The translations under genes were made by a program, and so were the position numbers. From Promethearchaeia archaeon (GTDB lineage Archaea > Asgardarchaeota > Lokiarchaeia > Sigyniarchaeales > SOKP01): 9,334 nt of DNA. Under the pieces are notes generated by a model, which was not told the origin of the DNA, searched no databases, and saw nothing but the letters and a program-made list of their open reading frames with translations. Positions 6,802 through 9,334 of the stretch are shown piece after piece. The stretch lies in the NCBI GenBank assembly GCA_046497275.1, contig JAWOFX010000126.1, positions 1 to 9,334 of the forward strand, given 5' to 3'. Position 1 is the stretch's first letter. Each line of letters opens with the position of its first letter.

Positions 6802-6979
6802 TCTTTAGATGTGATTTAATTTGCCAATTTTGGTTATAAGTACAATTATATGTTCTAGTATAAAAAAATATCGTTAGAATTACTATTTCTACTTAAATAA
6901 CAAGAGTTAAACCAAGATTTAAAAATAATATTTTCTTCTAAATATCATTACAAAAATTCAAAAATTTGGGAGAAAAAAT

Positions 6980-7495
6980 ATGTCAAATTTTTTAGTTCCA
7001 ATTGACACTTCGAATGTTAGGAAGGTTATACCAGTTGGACAAGATATAACTCATAGCATATATATGAATATAGTTTTTAATAATTACCATGGAACAGCAT
7101 ACAATCATATTACCCACGTTCTTGTTACTTCCCAAGGTTTAGCTTGGACCAAGACGGATTGGAAAAAAAATGAAGAGTTGGTGTTTACTCCTTGGAATGA
7201 AGCCGAACTTATAAAGCCTGGAATAATCTATCTTATTCCTGGGTTTATTGCTTTTCCTTTAGGAGATAAGGTTGATCCTAAAGAAACAGATGTCAAATAT
7301 GCTTGGAATTTCTATTTTGAAACAATCAAAAATGCAATTGCTTATTTCCAAGAAGAAGTTGATAAATTACCAGAAAAATCAGAAAGTAAGCAAATTAGAA
7401 CAAAACGAGCTAAATTATCGAAATTTGTAAGAACATACAAGAAAAAATCGGAAGCAATGAGAAAAAAAGCAATTAAAAAAGGATATATATCATAA
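6980..7495 (+). CDS. Hypothetical soluble protein (171 aa), possible PH-like beta-sandwich with basic C-terminal helix
   Basis: Clean ORF with an SD-like GGGAGA 8 nt before the ATG. The N-terminal two-thirds is beta-rich (THVLVTSQGLAWT..., FTPWNE) and the tail is K/R-rich. The fold guess is tentative. Confidence 0.75.
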   Translation: MSNFLVPIDTSNVRKVIPVGQDITHSIYMNIVFNNYHGTAYNHITHVLVTSQGLAWTKTDWKKNEELVFTPWNEAELIKPGIIYLIPGFIAFPLGDKVDPKETDVKYAWNFYFETIKNAIAYFQEEVDKLPEKSESKQIRTKRAKLSKFVRTYKKKSEAMRKKAIKKGYIS

Positions 7496-7601
7496 ATTTT
7501 CAATTAGATATACTATTCAGATATTTTTTCGCTAACCTTAAATAACAAAAGAAGTTACTCGAATACTTTTTAAATGCAATATATCAAATAATTTATAGGC
7601 A

Positions 7602-7614
7602 CAAAGATATATAA
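7602..7614 (+). promoter_or_regulatory. Putative archaeal BRE/TATA box
   Basis: CAAAGA-TATATAA lies about 27-36 nt upstream of the TTG 7641 and ATG 7650 starts. Confidence 0.35.
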
Positions 7615-7640
7615 TATTATATTCAAAATTCCAAAAAAAA

Positions 7641-8333
7641 TTGATTTATATGAACCCAGATGATGTAGATTTATATAAATTTGAATGTATTAAATGTGGA
7701 AATCCCAACGCGAAAAATCTTTATGATTTTACTGAAACAAAAAGGAGAAGTAAGCGTCATAGAATAGTTATAACAAATAGAAATATAAAAATTCCTCTAT
7801 GTGATGAATGCAAGAAAGAATTTGAGGCTTGGGAAAAAAATCCTATCATTAATCTTTCACTCTCTGATAAAATCTTAGTTCCTTTAATCGGAATTGGGTT
7901 AACTTTTGGCGGGATCTTTCTTTTTTTGATATTTAAAAATCCATGGTTTATTCTTATGGGAGTACTTGGGATTGGTTTATTAGCATTTTTTATCTTGTTG
8001 ATAATTGTTTCTCGAGAAGATGATACAGAAAATAATGAACCAAGAGCTAATCCTTATCAATATGTTAAATTTGATAAGGATAAAGTAATGGTTAGACCTC
8101 AGGGTAAAGGTAATTGGATTAGTTATAATTATTGGATTCAGAATATAGCACAATTACGAGTTGATACTGCTAAAATTCAAGAGATAAAAAAAGCCGAAAT
8201 CCAAAGGAAAGATGAATTAAAAAAAGGGATTAATATTATATTTTGTCCTAATTGTGGGGAAAAATATAACAAAGGTACAGATTTCTGTGTGAAATGTGGG
8301 AAAGATTTGAGAACTCTTAAAGAAAATCAATGA
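7641..8333 (+). CDS. Membrane protein with N-terminal CxxC-x34-CxxC site, two TM helices and C-terminal zinc ribbon (ATG 7650 probable start)
   Basis: CIKC (aa 16-19) and CDEC (aa 54-57); TM hairpin ILVPLIGIGLTFGGIFLFLIF / WFILMGVLGIGLLAFFILLIIV; C-terminal FCPNCGEKYNKGTDFCVKCG. Confidence 0.85.
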   Translation: MIYMNPDDVDLYKFECIKCGNPNAKNLYDFTETKRRSKRHRIVITNRNIKIPLCDECKKEFEAWEKNPIINLSLSDKILVPLIGIGLTFGGIFLFLIFKNPWFILMGVLGIGLLAFFILLIIVSREDDTENNEPRANPYQYVKFDKDKVMVRPQGKGNWISYNYWIQNIAQLRVDTAKIQEIKKAEIQRKDELKKGINIIFCPNCGEKYNKGTDFCVKCGKDLRTLKENQ

Positions 8334-8656
8334 AATAAAAAGATTATTCATTTTAAACAAAATCAAATTTTTTATTTATAATTTTAAATAGAGCTCTTTA
8401 ATATTATTATTGTGGAAATATTTTTTTCTTATTTTAATCCTTCCTTCCAATGTTATCTTTAATTTTATTTATTAGGTTCTGGGATTTATTCACAAACTTT
8501 ATATTATTCATTTTGCGAATATTCATTAATATTATACTTATTTTTTTCACTAATTTTTTTACTCGAATTAAAATATATGATATTATTGATTTTATAAAAG
8601 AGATTTTCCAGTGACCTTCATTTTATCTAAATTTCTCCTCATAATTTATATCTTTT

Positions 8657-9334
8657 TTAAAATTTAACAGTGATTTTGGGTTCTCTAAGAATTGCACTTT
8701 TTTTATCGTCTTTTTGGATTTTATTATGTGATAGATCAATTTCTTCTAAATTTTTTGAATGAAATATCCTTTCAGGAAGAGAATTAATTTTATTTCCACA
8801 TAAATTAATTCTTCTTAATATTGGGAGTTTTAACAATTCAGTTGGAATTTTTTCAAAGTTGTTCCAACTTAAATCCACATATTCTAAATTCGTTAATTTT
8901 ACAAATGATTTAGGAAGACTTTCCAACTGATTATTATGAATGGAAAGTTGTTTGATTTGGCATAAATCTCCAAAAGAAAAAGGTAGTTCTTTAATATTAT
9001 TATCATACAAATCAAGAATCCTTAAATTTTCGAGATATTTTAATCTTTTAAGCGAATTTTTTTCTATTTTATTTCCCCCTAAACCTAATTTCTCAAGATT
9101 TTTTATTTGTATTAGACCTTGTTTGATTGAGTTTATTTCATTCAATCCCAATTCCAAATAACTTAATGTACGTAAATATTTCAATTGTTCGGGAACTTTT
9201 TCAAATCTATTTCCATATAATTTGAGGTATTCAAGCTTCTCTAAATTTCTAAAACTTTGAGGTAATTTATCTAACTTATTATGACTCAAATCTAGAATCT
9301 CTAAATTTTTTAGATTTCCAAAAGAGTCTGGTAA
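8657..9334 (-). CDS. 5'-truncated leucine-rich repeat protein (9 LRRs visible)
   Basis: The frame is open to the window edge (LPDSFGNLKNLEILDLSHNKLDK...), so the TTG at 9289 is an internal Leu. Nine consecutive 23-24-aa repeats of type LPxxxxxLxxLxxLxLxxNxLxx are followed by a 17-aa cap (DDKKSAILREPKITVKF). Confidence 0.92.
   Translation of the reverse strand, partial: LPDSFGNLKNLEILDLSHNKLDKLPQSFRNLEKLEYLKLYGNRFEKVPEQLKYLRTLSYLELGLNEINSIKQGLIQIKNLEKLGLGGNKIEKNSLKRLKYLENLRILDLYDNNIKELPFSFGDLCQIKQLSIHNNQLESLPKSFVKLTNLEYVDLSWNNFEKIPTELLKLPILRRINLCGNKINSLPERIFHSKNLEEIDLSHNKIQKDDKKSAILREPKITVKF

Noticed and set aside
8460-8490. Reverse complement matches 459-489 at 25/31 nt (KSQNLINKIK versus KTQNLINQIR), suggesting a gene remnant
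   Set aside because: Both segments are low-complexity and A-rich. A rough estimate says such a match is expected by chance in a 9-kb two-strand comparison, and the frame is short with no convincing start. TBLASTN of the PIMT tail against 8334-8656 would settle it.
8592-8643. Minus-strand micro-ORF MRRNLDKMKVTGKSLL with GAGGAG upstream of the second ATG
   Set aside because: Only 9-16 codons, SD spacing too long (13 nt), and no supporting evidence.
8940-9161. 73-aa plus-strand ORF
   Set aside because: Antisense shadow of the LRR gene.

Overview
AT-rich window, most likely from an Asgard archaeon (Lokiarchaeia/Promethearchaeia-like). This is inferred from the protein repertoire and TATA-like promoters; there is no marker gene. 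Left to right: (1) the 3' end of a protein-L-isoaspartate O-methyltransferase-like gene with a ~180-aa acidic/coiled-coil tail; (2) a convergent 980-aa protein with tandem winged-helix domains fused to a long TPR solenoid; (3) a divergent promoter region with two pairs of short direct repeats; (4) a small unknown ORF; (5) an intact IS4-clan DDE transposase framed by a 40-bp inverted repeat (38/40 identical) and an internal 8-bp direct repeat; (6) two zinc-ribbon membrane proteins flanking a possible PH-like protein; (7) the 3' part of a leucine-rich-repeat gene. No rRNA, tRNA or CRISPR array was seen. All family assignments come from reading motifs by eye; no database search was run.
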